Part shown: piece by piece, positions 60,998 through 64,000 of the stretch
Position numbering within the stretch: the stretch's first letter is position 1
Layout of the letters: each line of letters starts with the position of its first letter
Assembly: GCA_046047415.1 (NCBI GenBank)
Contig: JBJOHX010000025.1
Span: 46,052 to 110,051 of the forward strand
Direction of reading: 5' to 3'
DNA: 64,000 nucleotides
Source of the DNA: Bacteroidota bacterium
Lineage (GTDB): Bacteria; Bacteroidota; Bacteroidia; Flavobacteriales; Flavobacteriaceae
Made by a program: the position numbers and the translations under genes
The notes under the pieces: generated by a model
What the model saw: the letters and a program-made list of their open reading frames with translations, nothing else
Database searches by the model: none
Told to the model about the DNA's origin: nothing

Positions 60998-61603
60998 TTA
61001 AGATTCTGCTATTAATTCTACCTCGGCATGGGGCTGGAAAAGATACAATTTTCCGGATGTTACCTCTACACACTTATAGCGTTTTATTTGGCACGCCCCT
61101 TTGCGAAAAATTCGGCCATTCCGAATACGGAATAAACTGCCTTCCGGAATTTGATATACGCAATATTCCAACGATTCTTGGGTATCGTAGAACTTAAGGG
61201 CCAGAGACAATGCGGAGTCTGTGCTGCTGCTAGCCTTTGGGTTTTTAAAATGTCTAGCCAGATAAGGCAGTAATCGTTCTGGAAAAATTTCTGGCCTTAA
61301 AAAAGGAAACATGAGTCGTTGAAAAGTTAATTTCCATTCTGTTCCATGGGGTTTTATCTTTCGTCCATAGGATTCAAACGCAACCAAATGGGCAATTTCA
61401 TGAATCAAAGTAATCAAAAAACGATACCTGTTATTCATGGCGTTTACGGTAATCAAGTGGGCTCCATTTGGCATGCTCCGGTAATCACCATGTCTGGTTT
61501 CCCGTTCGCGAACAATTTTTAAATGAACCCCGTGCTGTTGTATCAAATCCAAACAGCCTGCAATTGCACGCTCCGGTAAATATCTTGCCAATACCTCACT
61601 CAT
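60998..61603 (-). CDS. SprT-like zinc-metalloprotease-domain protein
   Basis: ATG at 61603 (MSEVLARYLP) and the HEIAH motif (TLIHEIAHLVAF). The longer track ORF runs into the divergent promoter region. Confidence 0.65.
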   Translation of the reverse strand: MSEVLARYLPERAIAGCLDLIQQHGVHLKIVRERETRHGDYRSMPNGAHLITVNAMNNRYRFLITLIHEIAHLVAFESYGRKIKPHGTEWKLTFQRLMFPFLRPEIFPERLLPYLARHFKNPKASSSTDSALSLALKFYDTQESLEYCVYQIPEGSLFRIRNGRIFRKGACQIKRYKCVEVTSGKLYLFQPHAEVELIAES

Positions 61604-61702
61604 AAGACACAAAGGTAAATAATCTGACCATCCGTAAATCTTTAACTTTAAAAATGAATCTTCGGCCCAAGGCAAAACGCAAGATTGGTGTATATTGAGG
61701 TA

Positions 61703-62119
61703 ATGAAAATACACCAAATCATCTTATTGCTTTTATTCGCAGTATTTTCCTGCGATAAGGCAGATGAACCTGAGCTCAACTTAAATGCACTTGAAGGCAC
61801 CTGGCTATTGGTTGAAGCCCTGAGGGATTCCAAAGACGGAGGAAGAATTTTTGAACCCGTTACGTCGAGTCGGGAAATTACCTTATTGCCCAACAACACC
61901 TTTACCACCAATTACGACGTGTGCCAGGCGATTGAAGCCGGCGATAAATTTTCAGGGGATTTTGAGCGGATTGGACTTAAAGAATTCTTGATACGATGTG
62001 CAGGTAGCTTACTGAATAGTGTACAAGGAAAAATAGAAGATGGTCATTTGATTTTATACTATCCCTGCGCCATACCTTGCGCCTATAAATTTGAAAAAAT
62101 AGCCGATTTTAAGGAGTAG
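61703..62119 (+). CDS. Small lipoprotein, uncharacterised
   Basis: ATG at 61703 gives MKIHQIILLLLFAVFSC (lipobox), 138 aa. Confidence 0.5.
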   Translation: MKIHQIILLLLFAVFSCDKADEPELNLNALEGTWLLVEALRDSKDGGRIFEPVTSSREITLLPNNTFTTNYDVCQAIEAGDKFSGDFERIGLKEFLIRCAGSLLNSVQGKIEDGHLILYYPCAIPCAYKFEKIADFKE

Positions 62120-62789
62120 AGCTACTCACCTGTAACACCTTACCATTGTAAAACTGGTGCCCAGTCAATGCGAAATTTCCAACGTAGGCCGCCATTTGTG
62201 TTGCAGAAACCGGAGCCTGATATCCGGGAAATGCAGCTTCTAACATTTCGGTCTGAACCGCACCCAAGGCCAATGCATTAAACGAAGGACCTGAAGTCTT
62301 GTACTCCTCGGCCAAGAGTTCGGTTAGGGTAATAACCGCACCTTTGCTTGAACTATAGGCTGCAAGACCTGGGAATTTGGAACTGCCTTGAACGCCTCCC
62401 ATGGACGAGAGTACAACCACATGTCCATCGGGTTCAAAAAACGGTAAAACCGCCCGGGTTAGGGCAGCAACCCCAAAAACGTTTACCCGATATACCGACT
62501 CAAAATCATCGTTGCTCAATTCAGAAAACGGTTTATTTATTAGGCTTCCTGCATTGTGAATAAGACCGGTTGCCGTTCCCCAATGCAAACGAATCCAGCG
62601 CGTAACTTCTTCCGGGGCCTGGGCATCCGTTAAATCGAAAGCAATGGAGGTTACCTTTGGAAGTTGCAATAATTGTATTGGTTCAGGATTACGGGAAAGT
62701 GCCAAAACCTGGTGCCCCTCGCGAGCTAACCAACGCACCAACTCAAATCCAATGCCGCGACTGCTTCCTGTAACAATTATCCTAGCCAT
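62109..62789 (-). CDS. Classical SDR-family oxidoreductase
   Basis: 226 aa with TGSSRGIG and an intact YSSSK catalytic motif. Confidence 0.85.
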   Translation of the reverse strand: MARIIVTGSSRGIGFELVRWLAREGHQVLALSRNPEPIQLLQLPKVTSIAFDLTDAQAPEEVTRWIRLHWGTATGLIHNAGSLINKPFSELSNDDFESVYRVNVFGVAALTRAVLPFFEPDGHVVVLSSMGGVQGSSKFPGLAAYSSSKGAVITLTELLAEEYKTSGPSFNALALGAVQTEMLEAAFPGYQAPVSATQMAAYVGNFALTGHQFYNGKVLQVSSSTP

Positions 62790-63757
62790 TATTTAATGTT
62801 TAATAGTGAAGCAGGCATTTTTGAAATCCCCAGCACCACAGGAATCATTTGATCTACCAATCCCGCCATATGATTGGCGTCCATTTCAGAAACCTGATCC
62901 CCGGGCAAATGGTAATAGGCATAATTGGTGAAGTCAAATGTGGAATACGTATGAGAAGGAATCTTAAACTCCTCATAAAACGCGTAATTATCGGAACGTT
63001 GAAATAAATTGTACTCTTGTGCTTGAGGTAGCAAACCAATAAGATTTTCACCTGCAAAATTGTTACTCAAATCTGCCAGATTACTCATATGGTAACCGGT
63101 GAGGTACATTTTATAAGGTTTGTCGGTCATGGGCACCCCAACCATTTCAAAATTTAACATAGCGAAAGGGGTTTTTTCTTGTTCTTTTAAAGCTTTCGCC
63201 AGATGTTTTGATCCAAGTAAACCACGTTCCTCAGCGCTAAAAAATGCAATAAGAATACCTCGCCCAGATTTATTATTCGTTAAATTTCTGGCCAACTCCA
63301 GAAGCATTGCCGTGCCAGAAGCATTGTCATTGGCTCCATTGGCAATAGAGTCTCCTGCAATAGGTTTGCTAATGCCTATATGATCGTAATGGGCACCTAA
63401 GACTATAAATTCATTCCTGAGTTTTGGATCTGCACCTGGAATATAACCCAGTACGTTAAAAGCAGGTTGTTCAAGGTTGGTAAGGGTATCCTTGTAAAAA
63501 TTGTAATAGGGCTTAATATTATAATCTGCCAAGGCTTGTTCCAAATAACTCGCTGCCAAAGCAATGCCCTTGGAACCGGTATCTCGTCCCAAAAGCGAGT
63601 CGGATGCCAAATAGGCCAAGGTCTGTTGAATGTGATTTGCATCGGCTTTTACAACCTTTTTTCCACCCCCACAGCCCAAGACTATCAGATAGACTAAAAC
63701 AGAAATTCCTACCGGAAACCGGTAGGAATTCTTCAATTTGTTTATTGGGTTCGCCAT
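62789..63757 (-). CDS. M28-family metallopeptidase (aminopeptidase-like), secreted
   Basis: 322 aa with an N-terminal hydrophobic/lipobox-like segment (VLGCGG) and the metal-ligand motifs GAHYDH, NDNASG and AEERGLLGS. Confidence 0.85.
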   Translation of the reverse strand: MANPINKLKNSYRFPVGISVLVYLIVLGCGGGKKVVKADANHIQQTLAYLASDSLLGRDTGSKGIALAASYLEQALADYNIKPYYNFYKDTLTNLEQPAFNVLGYIPGADPKLRNEFIVLGAHYDHIGISKPIAGDSIANGANDNASGTAMLLELARNLTNNKSGRGILIAFFSAEERGLLGSKHLAKALKEQEKTPFAMLNFEMVGVPMTDKPYKMYLTGYHMSNLADLSNNFAGENLIGLLPQAQEYNLFQRSDNYAFYEEFKIPSHTYSTFDFTNYAYYHLPGDQVSEMDANHMAGLVDQMIPVVLGISKMPASLLNIK

Positions 63758-64000
63758 TAGGCTAACATGGTTACTGGATGCTCCAAGTACGACCGCAGGG
63801 TCTGCAAGAACTGCGCCCCTGTGGCACCATCTACCGTACGGTGATCACATGCCAATGTAATGGTCATGGTATTCCCAACTACAATCTGTCCGTTTTTAAC
63901 CACAGGTTTCTCGACAATGGCTCCTACAGATAGAATTGCAGAATTCGGTTGATTAATGATGCTTGTAAATTCCAAGATGCCAAACATACCTAAATTAGAA
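63757..64000 (-). CDS. C-terminal fragment of a 2-oxoacid dehydrogenase E2 (dihydrolipoamide acyltransferase); 5' end outside window
   Basis: Catalytic motif DHRTVDGATGAQFL and end LEHPVTMLA. The frame is open to the window edge. Confidence 0.85.
   Translation of the reverse strand, partial: SNLGMFGILEFTSIINQPNSAILSVGAIVEKPVVKNGQIVVGNTMTITLACDHRTVDGATGAQFLQTLRSYLEHPVTMLA

Overview
The window looks like a Bacteroidota chromosome, most likely Flavobacteriia. The evidence is a SusC/SusD pair, a PafA-type phosphatase, TAnnTTTG-type -7 boxes, and a str-S10-spc-alpha ribosomal superoperon in which fusA runs straight into rpsJ with no tuf. All calls rest on motif recognition and gene order by eye; no homology search, RNA folding, GC or codon statistics were run.

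Left 26 kb (722-25645): every gene is on the minus strand.
- The 32-gene ribosomal superoperon runs rpsL -> rplQ (25645 -> 8403). It includes a 38-aa rpmJ that is missing from the ORF track.
- It is followed by carA, eno, a GT5 glycogen-synthase-like gene, gltA and two tandem guanidino-modifying-fold genes.

Right 38 kb:
- A SusC/SusD/lipoprotein triad is transcribed divergently from rpsL.
- The rest is housekeeping: rlmB, rhomboid, rarA, radC, obg, adk, hpt, purKE, an M3 peptidase, gcvP, a PafA-like phosphatase, mlaEF, GDP-mannose pyrophosphorylase, an M28 peptidase and a PDH E2 fragment.
- A few uncharacterised secreted or membrane proteins are interspersed.

I found no rRNA, tRNA, CRISPR array, IS element, integrase, phage gene or recognisable defence or toxin module. 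I do not see convincing evidence for a new multi-gene system.

The best leads, all of moderate interest:
1. The SusC/SusD/lipoprotein triad has no enzyme or regulator nearby, shows ribosomal-protein-like codon usage, and its lipoprotein carries an unusual Cys-containing 'GDGW' C-terminal domain.
2. A 250-bp structured spacer with a terminator-like hairpin sits inside the ribosomal operon between rpsJ and rplC.
3. A truncated Mpl-like Mur-ligase paralog lacking the P-loop heads a tightly packed six-gene minus-strand cluster.
4. Two tandem CtlX/DDAH-type enzymes lie downstream of gltA.

Note: the leading 'M' in several track ORFs is a TTG or GTG codon. Starts were re-picked where an internal ATG gives a better N-terminus.
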